This document shows positions 50,432 to 64,000 of a DNA stretch of 64,000 nt, piece by piece (within the stretch, counting starts at the first letter, position 1; every line of letters begins with the position of its first letter). The notes beneath the pieces were generated by a model, which saw only the letters and a list, made by a program, of their open reading frames with translations, was not told where the DNA came from and did not search any database. The translations under genes and the position numbers were made by a program. Source of the DNA: Lingula anatina (taxonomy: Eukaryota > Animalia > Brachiopoda); NCBI GenBank assembly GCA_051362555.1, contig CM120646.1, positions 7,998,001 through 8,062,000 on the forward strand, read 5' to 3'.

Positions 50432-53400
50432 ATGCAACGCGCTAAGGGACTTAATTTTCTCGTTCTTTGTGTCACTGTGTGGGTAACGGTAGAATCAGGT
50501 AGGTGTTTTCTGAGAAAAACACCATAAGATCTAAGCAACATAATTAAGACTAACAGTCAAACACGAAAGGAAAATATGCTTCCATCTCGAGCGATATAAA
50601 ATTAGTTTTAAACTAATGATTTTAATAGATTTTATCAGAAGGCATACATTTTGGAAGGAGGTCAAAATTAGAGTTTAGTTCTTTAGATTCTAGTTGTTTT
50701 TAAGGATAATCTAAGCAAAATAAAGGTGCAAATGGCCAACAAATTGGCATCGATAACTTCATCTGATTTTCATGGTTACTATACAATCTGATCACACAGC
50801 CTGCGGACCCCCAAGCAGCCTCGAACAAGCCACATATTTTCCTCCAAAGTCGGCGTACCAGTCCGGAGAGTCAGTGACGTATGCGTGCGTCCCCCCCTGG
50901 ATGTTAGTAGGCGGGAATTTCACCCGCACGTGCGTGGGGAACGCTTGGCAGGGAACAATGCCTGAGTGTGGCGGTATGTATGGTTTTTATCCATTGCAGT
51001 ACACTTTCAGTTCCGTAGGCCGATTGGAGGGGGGGGGGAGATGTTCGAAAGAACTGCTTCTTTGGTCGGAAAAGGTCCACTGTGAATCAAAATGTGATCT
51101 AACTTTTTAACCTTTTCTCAAGTTGTGTCAACCAAGGGCAAAAGAGTTCAGTTTTTCGGAATAAGCCCCCAACCCCACCCACACTCATACACATAAACAC
51201 ACTTTGAAATAAGGGGCTACAGACCAGTCTATTATTAGTAATTACATTAGTAATAATATTATTTGTCGAATCAGATAAAAAGCATTTACGCATATCATAT
51301 AATTATGAATTTTTTTTAAAGAAACACTAATTTTGTAAACTGACTGTCACATTTTTATGTTTACCTTTGTTTATTTTTTTTCTTTTTGCACCTATACATG
51401 TTCAGTATTCAAGGACATAAAAGTGATCAAACAATTCGTGCAATTCGTGGGTGGTGTCCGCCAGGCGGAGTATACCACGTTGGAGGCGTGTCTGACAGCT
51501 TGTAGGCGTTCCCGGAGCTGTCAAAGTGCTGATTGGCAAAACACACGACGACTCTGTGTCCACCACACCGCCAGTGATTGCTCCACAAATTACAGATACA
51601 GCCTGGGTGCAGCTACAACTCACTACGGGTTCTGTTTTGGTAAGTCTTACCAAGATTGCTTTCCATTTCCCCCTTATATGATTATTATATGCAGGGAATC
51701 GGATATTTATTTTTTCTTAAATTTGAGTAGACTTCAAATGTGATCATTGTGCTGAGTTTAAACACAATTTGGCGTTTTAATGACATAATTGGCCGCTGAA
51801 TAAATCTGTGCCATAGTGCTTTTCTTATCCAACTAATATCAATATCCTAATTTAATAAGCATTTTGCCTATTTTGGAAACTGGATAAGGCAGCAACTAAA
51901 AAGAATAACCGAATTCAGTTATAACCTCTGGGGTTGCTACTGTTGTGCCTGCTTAACTAATATGTTGTACGAATCAACCAAGAATAAGTATTAATCAAAG
52001 TACCCAAATACTCAATTTAAGGTCGATGTTCCAGTTGCGCGACGGACAGGGGCGCATGCGTCAGTCAGTGGGATTGGCGCACAAACAGAAACTTCCGTTG
52101 CGGATGCTATCGTGGATATGTTGGGGCAAATTGTGAACTTGGTAATCAGAACATTGGCACAAACATAGTGCCCACTTGATAAAAAAACGTATTAGTTCTC
52201 CTGTCGACGTACAGAAAAGTTGAATATAAACTTCAGAGCACTCAGACATACCTCATTCACAGTAAATGAAATGGATCAAATAATTACGAAATCGATTAAA
52301 TGAAAAACGATAGTGTTGTCGCTTTTCATTTCCAACTCTGACAATACTTTTGGAATATATTATTCTTTCAGAAACTTGCCGTGTTCCTGCCGTGAACTCA
52401 CTCCACGTGACCGTCCCCTATAAAGCCGTGTACAAGCCGGGCGAGGTGGTACATGTGGCATGCAAGCCAGGTTACCGTCACACTGACGGTTCTCTTTTTA
52501 AACGACTCACGTGCAGCACGACACGTGGCCAGTTCAGCCCACCGCTGCCACCCTGCCTCGCTTTCACATGCAACGTCCCACGCGTAGATGCGAATGTGGA
52601 GCGCAGAAACAATGGCGATCTGTCCTTTGGGCAATCGGAGTTGCTATCGTGCAAGGACGGGTATGTGTTTCCCAGCGGACTAAAGCACAGTGCAGTAACA
52701 TGCTTGGCCAGCGGTAGACTAGATCGACCTATACAGAGCTGTGTCCGTGTGACATGCTCTTTACGAGGCGCTGTTGCCAGGAGTAACGTTACAGAGGTGA
52801 TGCCGAAGGCGGCGTATTACTACAAGGATGTCGCCTTCGTGTCGTGTACGCGCGGTTTACTCTTTCCGAATGGTAAGGCTACAATGTCGTTACAATGCCA
52901 GGCGAACGGAACTTTTACACCGGCTCTACCGCACTGCGGCAATTGTAAGTAATATATTTTATGCATTGTTAATGCTGACACACACTACTTTATATAAGAC
53001 AAATTTTTGCATGGGACGATTCCCTGAATATTTGTACACAAAATCGTTTTTATATCTGAAGTGAACGTACAAGAAAAAAAAAGAATGAAATTCTAAATAT
53101 ATCATACCGTTATAAAGTTTGTTCCACAAATCACATGGTATCAATCACCCATAATCACAATATTCATGTTTTAATTTATAATTTTTGAGATACATTTTTT
53201 TAGATCGCACTGCAAAGATAGGCTTGTGGATCATCCTTGTGGTTGCGGTGGCGCTACTAATCCTGATACTCATCATAGTTGTAGCGGTTGTCTGCGTTAT
53301 GAAGCGGTAATGAACACTGGACGTTGTTTATATTGTTATTGTTATTGTTATTTTATAAAAATTCTTAAAAGAATATTACAAGATGACTGACTGCTGTGTA

Positions 53401-53946
53401 AGTTTTAGGCAATTATAAGAATAAGAGTAATAATTATCGACAGAATGTATGTGTAGCAGCATCATGCCTGTTTTTTGAAACAAACTTCAGCGTGGTTACA
53501 TTTAATGTTAGTTAATTGGAAGGGACTGGATATCGCAGAAACCTTTTTGAACTTTCTCTCTCTCTCTCTCTCACTCTCTTATGGTATATGCTTTTGTAAT
53601 TGCATTCTTGACCTTTGCTTGTAGTAAGAAGAAGCACGGAAGAGGTGTCATTGGAAGCGCCTTATCGGACGAAACTTTGTGCCGCAGTAGCGTGTACGGT
53701 GAGGCGTTCACGCTCACCCGCTCACCCGATAGCGGCTTAGGCCAGGGCTACAGGAGCACCAAACCCTCCGGCAGTACTTCCAGTCACTACGATGACGCTT
53801 CCTCCGTTGACATCAGCAGCCTTTATTCCTCGCCTGACAAGTCGAAGAAAAAGAAAAATTCAGACAAGGAGAAGTATTTCCATTATGGAAACCACTGCGA
53901 CGTCAAGCCAGGTGCAGCCGTGACATATGACAGCGTCTACATCTAG
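50432..53946 (+). CDS. Type I membrane protein: signal - sushi(CCP) - PAN/apple-like - 3x sushi - TM - Ser/Tyr-rich tail; exons 50432-50498, 50800-50973, 51406-51639, 52372-52944, 53204-53306, 53625-53946
   Basis: CGPP...VTYAC..PW.LVGG...RTC..NAWQGTMPEC (CCP); TLEACLTACRRSRSCQSADW...LCVHH (PAN-like); three C..P...C..GY...C...G.F...P.C repeats; TM IGLWIILVVAVALLILILIIVVAVVCVM followed by KRKKKH. An in-frame upstream ATG exists at 50402. Confidence 0.85.
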
Positions 53947-56900
53947 TCTTCACAGAGCAATCACATGGTGGACACCCGAGAACAAGTATGTTGGGACGCC
54001 ATAGTCTCATTCTGGGGAACCGATATCTTCTAACATGCGGCGCCTGTACCGTTTGATTTAAAATCTTGTTGAGCATGATTTTACCATATTATTATTATTG
54101 CTAACAGTGCTGACATCTAGCCAAAGTTATTTTAATGCTTTTTTATTCATTTTAGTTATGGTTACATAGCTATCACTGCAATTTTAGAGGGTGACTCATC
54201 ATGAAAGCCCAAATCCCCCCCCCCCCCATTCCTTACTCTTGCCATCTCACACAAGACTATGATCGATGCTGATAACGCCGTGACTGAATGATTGGATTGA
54301 AAAGGTTGCGAGAGGCTTCCAGCATTTTGTTTAAAAAGTTATATAAAAACATATATAGTTATTTGGTATTTAGATAATCAAATAAATTATATACAGGAAA
54401 TGAGACCGGGCCAACTTGATATATCGAAGGAGTTCAACCTTCGTTTCATTATGATTTTAAAAACAGCACATCTTTAATTGCCCATCAATTTAATTTACGT
54501 AATCTATACGGCTTGTTGTGTTAATCATAAGTTGTATGTTAATGATAAGTTGGATTTTATTCCCTTTATTGTTTATACATTTCACTTAAAACCAGTTGTC
54601 GTTGGGCCTACTTACTGGTATAAGTTGGTTCGCGTATTGCAGTAGTTGAGACCAAATCACACTTTTTCTATACAACGCGCTGGTTGCTCTCCGTTGTGTT
54701 AAGAGTCACTCCTTCAAACTGACTTTGGTCATTCTTGAAAACTTTGATGTCTACTTTACAAAAATATTTTACCTGTTTTGGTTATTGACCAAACTAATCG
54801 AGCAAAATGGAAATATTTATGTATTTATTTATTTATTTATTTATTTATTTATTGTCATCGTCATGGGTATTACTAGATGTTAACAAATGATAGTTCAACT
54901 GACAGAGAGGAGCCCTGCACCAAATGCAAATTATATCTATACTTTATGTAATCATAAATTAAGCAAAGCGCGTTTATACTGAAAGATCCATACCCTTGTC
55001 AACAAGACAAAAATAGCGACGAGGAAGTGTTTTTTTTTTTTTCATTTATTTACATATCTTTGGTTGTTGTCAATTACAAATGTGAAGCAAGTTACATTAG
55101 AAATAGAAGCATGCATAATATAGCTAACGGCAGATATAGATGTGATAAACATAGCTTACAGCTTTTAAATTGCAAAAGAATTTCGTCTTGTGTTTTTACA
55201 CGTTATTTACGTTACGCCTTTCTTTAAAAAGTTCTTAATTAGACTACGTTCACTCATTAAATTACCTATATTTCCAGTGACACATATTGCGCCACCTTTA
55301 AGTTTTAATGGTATGTTTTGCTTTGATTTCTGTTAGTGCAGACCTGTATTTTTATAATAACACCTCATACATATGTGAACATACACTATACAACTGCTGA
55401 CTTGCATAAAACAGTCATGTGCAATGGTTAAGGTTTCACATCTTACGCCCTCATTTATTTCAACATGAGGCACACATATTAGACGTGCTTCTTATTACAG
55501 TGAAAATAAGGAGTGATTGAAAAAATGAATCAATAACATGTATCCCCTTGTTACCTTGTTTCTCTATTGAATGTGTAACATACAGCTTCATAAAATGTAA
55601 CACCTCGCACAATGCACTTGTTGTAGCTTAAACAACAATACCTGGAACTGGTTACAGATCATACTTCAATTCTATGAAGTTCAAGGCTATCTTCCTGTAC
55701 TTACACCCCCCTCCCCACAATCTCTAGATCCGTGAAATCAAATGCTGTAAATAAATGCGCTTCCAAGATCATTTTTCCTTACATTGGATTAAACCAATTT
55801 AATGGTAAAATAAGGGCATTTACTGGTACTCTCGGTACAAATGAATGGTTTGAGTACAGAACGCAATAACCTCTCTTATAAACAACTACCAACTACTAGA
55901 AGATTGGCATGTAGGACACCGAAAAAATAAAGGACCGTAATTTTGGTTAATTTGGGCAGCACAAAAAATATAAACTAGTTATCACACCACTTCGTAGAAC
56001 AAGTATAGGTTTTACACGTGTGATATAACATCCATTTTCAGTGCTAAATTGAAAGACAGGACGTCTTTGCTGCTAACATATAAAAAATTGAGTACATCTA
56101 AATGATGAAAAAACGCAAATAGATCCATAGGATTGAAACGTGATTATTATTTGCTGCAAAGAAGGGGCCATCCATCTTGTTAGCGGAGAACCGCACTCGC
56201 GAACTGGGGAATAGTATATTTTAAACATTATTGATGGTCCTAGTTCTTTTGCATGGTGTATGAAGTAATATGTCTGAAAATAGTAGTATCCAAACGATCG
56301 AACATCAACTTACACTGTAAGTCATATATAAACAGTGTTCATTCTAGCACAGATGAGTGTATGCATGTAAGTATGTGTGTGCATGTGAGAGAGAGAGCGA
56401 GAGAGAGAGAGATTGGATGTATGATTAGAGAATTGTAGAATGTAGAACACGCCACGCCTATATTACGTGTCGACTTCCCTTTGACAGTCATCAGTATCTC
56501 TTAAAAGGTAAAATTTCTCTTTGTGTGATTATATAATTAAATATGGTATTTGTTTTTTTGTTTATTTCGGCAACTGCTGATAAACTTGCGCGTGACCTTA
56601 TTACCGATAAAAACTGTACTATGACTTCAAAATGATAACTTTAATATTCAAATAAAAAGGATGAAAAAATATCAAAATGATAATGTGTCGATATTGTTTC
56701 CTGCTTGCCACACACAACGAAATAAAAGGGAAGGTAACAGAAATTGACCAAGAGCTGTGTGGGATACAGATCTACCACAAGCGACATAAGCTTTAAGAAG
56801 GCATAAAATGGGGACCAACACTAAGAAATACCATTTCAGCAGATCACATAGCAGACCAAAACAACGTTTCAAGACACATGGTCCACTGAACAAGATCTGG

Positions 56901-57186
56901 TCTTCTTTTGTTTTTCACCAGAAGGGTTTCTTGCCCTTTCGTATCTAAACAGTGCGACTGCAATACTTCTGTTCAGACAGCGAGGGAGCACATGTATAAA
57001 AATCTCTCCCCAGCGTTTCTCAAAAATCAATCGTTTTCCACCCATTGTACAATCTTTGAATCGTGGAATCTATCATATTCCATTTGACGTCTCATCTCTT
57101 CACTTTGAACGAAAATCTGACTAGGACTACGCACTGGAATACACGAACAATTCCTTAAATCTATTACTCATTAATATCAAAGCCTA

Positions 57187-59319
57187 TCATGTCCTGTGCA
57201 GATCACCACTAAGGATTCGTTTGAAAGTCCGCTTAAATTGTGCATTGGCGAATGCATAGCAAAAAGGATTGATTGGGCTGTTCATGTAGCAGAACCAGTA
57301 CGAAATCTCGTACAGCCGTATATGCACACAATCATAGCAAAAACCTAAAATAATAACTATAACGTGGTATGGAGTCCAGAACAATACAAATGCCCCCAAT
57401 ATTAGGGATATGGTTCTGAGGGCTTTTCTGGCTCGATTTTCAGACTTCGACTTGTTTTTACCTTGAGCTTTTCCTTTTTCTTTTCGTTTTTGGTTTTTAC
57501 GTCTAAAATATGTTGTTATGTCGTGCCACTGTTGAGTAACCCTCTCCCTTGCTGATTTATGTTCATGGTTTCCGCTTGGTGGTTTTATTGTTTTAATTAC
57601 CGGTTTGCCTTTCGATTTACTATTCACGGAAACTTGCATGCAAACTTTATCTTTATCGCCGTTGCAACCAACCATATTGGCGGCTCTGTGTTCAGTCTCC
57701 TTCGCCTTAAAGGACTGTCTTCGTTTCCAAATTGGAGACGGAGGCTCGTCATTGGACTGAGCAAGCTTATCAATGTGGCGGGTTTCCACAACGAGTTTCA
57801 CATCCTCTCCAGAGGCAAACGATTGGAAGCTTTCTTGATCGATGAAACGAATGCCGTGACCTCGTTTTGGTGTTTCGCCACTGGAACCGCTTGTATCATG
57901 AGATCCAGCAGTTTGCGTCGACGACTCGTTGTCAAGGAGACTAGAAGGTGTTTGTGACACCGGAGTTGGGGTAGTCAGGTATTGCTCCCCCTTAGGTGTT
58001 GTCAAATGGTCGTCTGTCTTTTTATTTTTATGCCCATGTGCGTGATCCTTCCCGTGGTGATGATGATGGTGTCGATGGTGATGGTGATGGTGGTGTTGTT
58101 TAGGTTTATTCACTGGAGTTCCAGCGCTGTCCCCGTCTAGGCTGTTATAAGCCGGCGGAGGATGAGGGGCCGATTGACTGCTTGAGTCCTCCACGTCTGA
58201 TGGGTAGGCAGTGCTGGAAGATCCCTCCTCCTCTTCCACTGCTGCTGTGGCTTTCTTATTCTTTAAGGGACTTATTGTTTCCTTAACTTCCTTGACAGAC
58301 GCCTTCTTTGTTTGAGATATCCCAATCCCTATGTTCGTCATGGTTTGTCCAGCCATAGAAACGAGTGACGTCATCTTTTTCTGTTTTGCGGCTGATTTTC
58401 TGTGTAGATCCAAGGCCACTTTGTAGATCCCTGCATACAGGATTATCATCACGACCAGAGTTATCCAATAGTACCCTATAACCAAGATGGTATTAAACAT
58501 TGGGCTGGACATGAATTGGACCCAACACTCTTGAGCAGGGACAGTTCTTAGTCCAACAAAGTACTGCCATCCTATTATAGACGTGTAGAATATAAGAATG
58601 GGTATGACCCAGGTGACGGACACCATCACATTCACCTTGTGTTCTGTTCGCCAGTTGCGGTACTTTGCTGGTATTTTGACAGAACAAAAACGGTCCACAG
58701 TGATAAAGAACACGGTGTACTGCGAGGCGAGGCAGCTGGTGTAGTCCAAGGAAAGCCACAAATCACACACAGTAGGCCCCAGCGGCCACTTGGCGTCCAA
58801 CAATAAATACATCGTATACAAAGGCATGGAGAACAGGCCGATCAGTAGATCCGATACGGCGAGACTGGCAATGAAATAGTTTGATGGTTGACGGATCTGA
58901 CGGTCAAGATAAAATGACAGCAGCACGAGGGAGTTTCCCAGAACAGTTACAATGCTGACAATACCGCCAAATATTGCCAATAGAACTGTTAACCACATAG
59001 GATGACGGAGTGTCCATTCAAATGTAGTTGTCTCGTTCGATGTATAATTGAACGTTAGATTTTCAGCAAGTCCTAGTATTTCCAAGCAAAGAGACAAGTC
59101 GAATGTCCCATTGCAGTAATATTCTGTCAAGGCCCTTTCTTCGGTTAGGTTGTCATTAACGTACTCTGGGAGCCGAGGGATCGGGGAGTCATCATTAAAC
59201 GTGTACGGCGCGAGTTCATTCCTTTCAGCAGGACTCATGGCTGCCACAGATGGTACTAAGGGAACCCCAAAAGTGAACGGTGTTGTTAGCGGCAACGTTG
59301 TCGGCGTTGTGACGTTCAT
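57187..59319 (-). CDS. Muscarinic acetylcholine receptor, invertebrate B-type (class A GPCR), single coding exon
   Basis: 7 TM segments; GN, NYFIASLAVSDLLIG, CDLWLSLDY, SQYTVFFITVDRFCSVKIPAKYRNWRT (B-type/GAR-2-like), ENRARKALRTI, WTPYH (His where A-type receptors have Asn), NSPINPFCY. A 5'UTR acceptor lies near 59892. Confidence 0.93.
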   Translation of the reverse strand: MNVTTPTTLPLTTPFTFGVPLVPSVAAMSPAERNELAPYTFNDDSPIPRLPEYVNDNLTEERALTEYYCNGTFDLSLCLEILGLAENLTFNYTSNETTTFEWTLRHPMWLTVLLAIFGGIVSIVTVLGNSLVLLSFYLDRQIRQPSNYFIASLAVSDLLIGLFSMPLYTMYLLLDAKWPLGPTVCDLWLSLDYTSCLASQYTVFFITVDRFCSVKIPAKYRNWRTEHKVNVMVSVTWVIPILIFYTSIIGWQYFVGLRTVPAQECWVQFMSSPMFNTILVIGYYWITLVVMIILYAGIYKVALDLHRKSAAKQKKMTSLVSMAGQTMTNIGIGISQTKKASVKEVKETISPLKNKKATAAVEEEEGSSSTAYPSDVEDSSSQSAPHPPPAYNSLDGDSAGTPVNKPKQHHHHHHHRHHHHHHGKDHAHGHKNKKTDDHLTTPKGEQYLTTPTPVSQTPSSLLDNESSTQTAGSHDTSGSSGETPKRGHGIRFIDQESFQSFASGEDVKLVVETRHIDKLAQSNDEPPSPIWKRRQSFKAKETEHRAANMVGCNGDKDKVCMQVSVNSKSKGKPVIKTIKPPSGNHEHKSARERVTQQWHDITTYFRRKNQKRKEKGKAQGKNKSKSENRARKALRTISLILGAFVLFWTPYHVIVIILGFCYDCVHIRLYEISYWFCYMNSPINPFCYAFANAQFKRTFKRILSGDLHRT

Positions 59320-61430
59320 CGTAGACCGTGGTGTGATTTTGAATCGAAGACGAACCGAGTGGGTGATGAAAAGGATAGGAGCTCAGAATTAGATTTCAAT
59401 TATTTTGGAGATCTTCTCTTGCCAGGTCGACCCATCCTTCCGCCGGGCTGTTTACACTAGGAACTACGGCCTTTCGCAGGAGATCCCTCAGGATTATTGA
59501 AAATATAGTCTTCTCATTGGCATCGTAATATCCCATACAAATTCCTTATTATCCTCTTCAATTTAACTGTCTCACTCTATGAATAGCGATTATGGCCTTA
59601 AGCTCTCCCGTGTCAACTTGAATAGCTTTGAAATGCCAACGCTTGACACTTCAATAATACGGTTCAAATCCGAATGATTTTCTAAAACAGTAATTCGCGG
59701 TCTCATATCCGCGCCGAATAACAGGAGAGCTCGTGGGTTTTATATCGGTACAATGCAATTCAAGTCCCTGTTCAATTTATAGCTCACGTGGAACCATCAC
59801 GGACTTCTGGTAAAAGATTCCGCGACGATGATAGCTGCTTTTATCCCATCAAATATCTCAATCCACTTGCCAATATTTCCATCACTGCTTCCTGAAACAA
59901 TAAGACAGCAAATTAGGCAAAGAACTCCTAAGTTGGATACCTATCGCTAAGAAAATAGCTTATTCATGGATTAAATTGTTGAACCATTGGAAACCTGACC
60001 TGGTGAGTGTGGCGTGAAAGGTCATCCAAATAAAAGCGAGAAGGCATTATTTGAAACTGGAAACAGAATCTCATCATGCAATGTTAAGAAAAGCTGTTGT
60101 CTATCAGATCTCTTCATCAGGACTCGTCCCTTAACGGTGACCGCACTGCGGGTCATTTACTCGTTTGAATCTAAACCAGTCTCGACGTGCGACTACTTAA
60201 TAAAACATCAGTAGCACACACGCACAGTCAATTTCAAAAAGCCTTAAAGGGCACGAGAGGGTCTTTTTGTCAGACGTAAAGCCGCTAAAGTGGACAGTTA
60301 ACATATTTAGTTTGAACTTGAAATATTATATTTCCCAGTACAAAAGGCACAGAAACCACTTGGCTTCACGTAACACCAAAGGAAAGGCTTTATTATTAAA
60401 TCAACTGTTAATTTTTTTTGACATATGATACACGAGTCATTAGCTAATGGGTGGCACAATACCAAAGCGCTGGCCTGACATTTAGACTGATGTCCCTAAT
60501 GTTCGCTTAATGTGCAAGGCATTCCATTTGTGCCGTTATAGGATAATCAACTTTGTATTTCAATAAATGCAATGTATTCATGACGCGGTTTATATATAAA
60601 TAAATTAATTTATGAAACGTTGTAGATTAGTATTTCAGACAATTAGTTATACAATACATTTAGTTCTATGCAAAATTGGTAAGCAAGAGAAAATATAATG
60701 TAGATTTAGAGTTGAAAATATCTATTACAAGTAAAGTAAGTTATTCGATTTTCTGTAAAACTCCTTTGAAATAACCTAGTGGTGGATCCAGGTATCAGGG
60801 CACAGGAAATAAAATCAGGATTGCACTGGTAGATTAATGAGGCTCCCATCGTTTGTTTGGTCACGAGGGCAGCCAGTCGATAAATGTGAGGCCATTTTTT
60901 ACCAAGTTGTGCTGCATCTTCTGCCCTTTCTGCCTGCTTTTCAGTACAAATTAAATCACAGGGGTCCATACTTTCGATCGAAATTCAATTCCTTCTCTTT
61001 AACATGCTTTAGCCAAAGTTAAGAGGACATGGAAGTCCTAAATGCTTGCGCGGAGTGTGTGAATATTTGGTTCCCGGCGCGTAAAATGGAATAATTCGGT
61101 TTACTGAAGCAGATTAATTCGGAGGTGGCGTTTCGAAAACACTTTCGTATTAAATTTGAAGAATTGGTTCTGCGCCCGGGGACTTCGAAACTAAATGAAT
61201 ATTTCATCGGCGCCTTAAGTGGATCTTTTACTGTGCCAAGAGATGGAAATGGGTTTGAACACCTCTTCATGGGTGCAAAGACTGGGAAAGCGCCTGGCTC
61301 CTCCCTAACACCCAAGTCTCTGTAGCAATAGGTGCTCAGGATGTGCCGAAGCACACCTTCGAAATTTCCGTCTGCATGTTCTGGTTCTAGTTGTCGCCAG
61401 AGTAACTACAATGCTTATTATTGACAAATG

Positions 61431-61433
<3 letters not shown>

Positions 61434-61471
<38 letters not shown>
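61434..61471. repeat. (CA)n(TA)n microsatellite
   Basis: Direct reading. Confidence 0.9.
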
Positions 61472-64000
61472 ATCCGGAAAATGGCTTAAACATTAAATCA
61501 AACCATATTATGTACATTGGACGATTGGATGAACGCATTGAAAAACACATGTGCATTACGACGTTAATCAATAGGATTTTAAAGCAGCGGTAAAATTGAA
61601 AGATCTCTTGGGGAAGTTTTGGTTATGGTCAAATTTATATTGTTTGTATTACTATTACTATAACAGTGTTATGTAGAAAACATGTATATGTTCTACAGTG
61701 AACAGTGCATACTGGTACACTACACGTTTCCAACAGACTTCCACAGCTAATAATTCGTCATATTTTGAAAGATTTGTATAACAATATATCGACAGATGTG
61801 TGTGTGTGTGTGTGTGTGTGCGTGTGTGTGTATGGAAAGGTTGATGGATGAAGAGTGTGTCTATGGATAGAGTGACTGAAGAATGGATGGATATAAGGGT
61901 GGACTTATACATGGAAAAAGCATGGATAGATAGACTAATTTCCGTTCGTTCCGAGGGCACCTTTAACATGAAAAGATAGCAGATGGATCTTTAAATGTCA
62001 ACACATCATAGGTTTGAATAATTAAAAGCGTAATTTCATTTAGTTGACTTCGTATATAACCACACGGGAGGGATGTATTATTTCTTTGCCATTGTTTTCT
62101 TGGAAGCGTGCATGCTGGAGAAATTGAGTGTCCGGTTTTAGATTGGTACTTTTTTTAAATGGTTTGATACTGTTCTCGAAAATTTAGACGTTTTGGAGTA
62201 ATTGAGTACCCAGCAGTAAAATGATTCATCTGTTGCTTTGGCTTGACTTTGTGTTTGACAATGGAGACGTGTTGGCGATATTGAGTTTCCGGTATAAATA
62301 TGACACGTCTTTTGGGTAAATACAGGTAGATTGAAAATTACAACGGTAGCTCTCGACGTTTCGTGTCGCTTCCTACGGAAACGTGGTCCTCCATAAAAGC
62401 CAATCATTACTTTTGAATATCTTGGGCAACTTTAATGTTTCACCAGTGCTGAACATGTTGCAGTGGACTGTGTGGAAGGCATGCACTGCTCACCCCCCCC
62501 CCCCAACCCCACCCGGCGAGTGCTTGGGATGTGATTGTGTTTAGTTTAACCATGGCCAGTACAATAAAAGGTGAACACAAAACCTATCAGTAACACAATA
62601 TCATTGGTTTCCTATCTGTATTTTTCTTCTCTCCACCTGAAATCCCTTTTTTTCTCTGTTTTTGGGTATCACAGTAGCATCAAATGGGAGGAGGTGTGCT
62701 TCACTGAGAGGGCCACATTTTGTGGCCATTTATTTCCATCGAATGCCATCTCTCCGGTATATTTATCCCCCATTTTATCCTCTTTTTACTTATCATCATA
62801 ATATCAAACTTCACCATTTTGATAAATGACACGTATCATATCAACAACAACAAAAAAAAAAAAACTCGGTGAGCCTTTAAGCATTTAGAACCATAAATTC
62901 AAATTGGTTGTGTCATTGCGACGTTTCCATTTCAATCCGTCTGCTCTCACCCTTAAGGTAATCTTTATATATAATGCTTCTAATGCTTCTAAAGACTAAA
63001 CATTATATATGCGTTTAATAAGCCGGAGGATAGCCGCCAGTTACCACTACGTTAAGTCTAAGAATTCTCACGGGAGAGGCGTATTTTGGGGATCGGCTTA
63101 AAAGTGAAGAATAAGTATGCATTTGTAGACAGTGATATTGATTGGCATGCGGTAGACGAAGTATGCAAGACGAGCAAAACTGCAGCGTGTACAAAACAGT
63201 ACAAAGAGAGACGTATTAGAGCCTTTGACAAAATGCCTTTAATGGTTTCTTCTAAAAGACCACAATTCTCTCAGCACCCTAAATCTAATATTCTGTTCTG
63301 CTTGGTTGTTAAACTTCACAGAAAATATAACTTGGTTACGGGATTTACGTCTCTTGAGTTTATCGCACTAGGGGCAGTATGCATGCTTGGTACGGTTTCA
63401 TCTACCCAAGTGGAAAATATATTGTTCTCTTGCGTCTCTTCTCAGATATTTTGCACATTAAATAAATAAAATGAATATAATAAACTTTCAACTTCCAAAC
63501 CTCGACATGATGTGTTAGTTATAAACACACATTATAATCCTGATTTTAAGAAACAAAGGCCCTAAACTGTGTTGATATCAACATTCGTTTTTAACTTGCT
63601 CGTTCCAAAACCTTCGAAACAACGGACCAGTCAAATATAGGTGCAGTCATGAATGATGTTTGTCCAGTTATCGACTTAAGAAGTAAATTAAAGCACGCAG
63701 TGGAATGGGCCAGAATCCTTCTAAACGCAAATCAGGGCTTCGCAGGACAAGTGACAGCTAGACATACTGTTTTTCCATATGTTAGCTTAGTTGATATGAT
63801 TTATCATGCACAGTATTGACTGCATAACAAGATAATGGTGGACACGGTGCAACGTGACGTTGCATATAAAAAAAAGATATCACCTAAAATATTAGAGAAC
63901 ATTGTATCCAGGAATAATGTTAAGTGCTACTCAGTTTTACATGTTCATTATGTCCATTGGTTGAGAAGTACAGCTGATCCTTAACAAGGAGTTTGATTTA

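Noticed and set aside
59900-64000. Short ORFs upstream of the mAChR
   Set aside because: No motifs; several arise from microsatellites; likely 5'UTR intron or intergenic DNA

Overview
Intron-containing animal genomic DNA, probably a protostome/lophotrochozoan invertebrate (inferred from the B-type muscarinic receptor and the repeat families). Nine spliced or single-exon host genes can be built by hand from GT-AG sites: a coiled-coil + C-terminal CARD protein; a signal-peptide SCP-type EF-hand protein; a probably secreted gulonolactone-oxidase-like flavoprotein; SDHC head-to-head with CKS1; nicastrin; a Ly6/three-finger GPI protein; a sushi-PAN-sushi receptor ending in an ITIM-like motif; and a B-type mAChR. 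The standout is a 3,425-bp mini Polinton/Maverick-like element (6657-10081). It has AGTAG..CTACT termini, a 6-bp TSD (GTCGAT) and ~724-bp near-identical TIRs. Its only gene is an A32-type packaging ATPase, preceded in frame by a C2H2 zinc finger that is separated from it by one TGA at a Cys position. Also present: a 2.8-kb TAG..CTA (Academ-like) foldback element with a nested palindromic MITE, other MITEs, two HINE-like elements and remnants of an old local duplication. All calls are from reading the sequence only; no searches were run.
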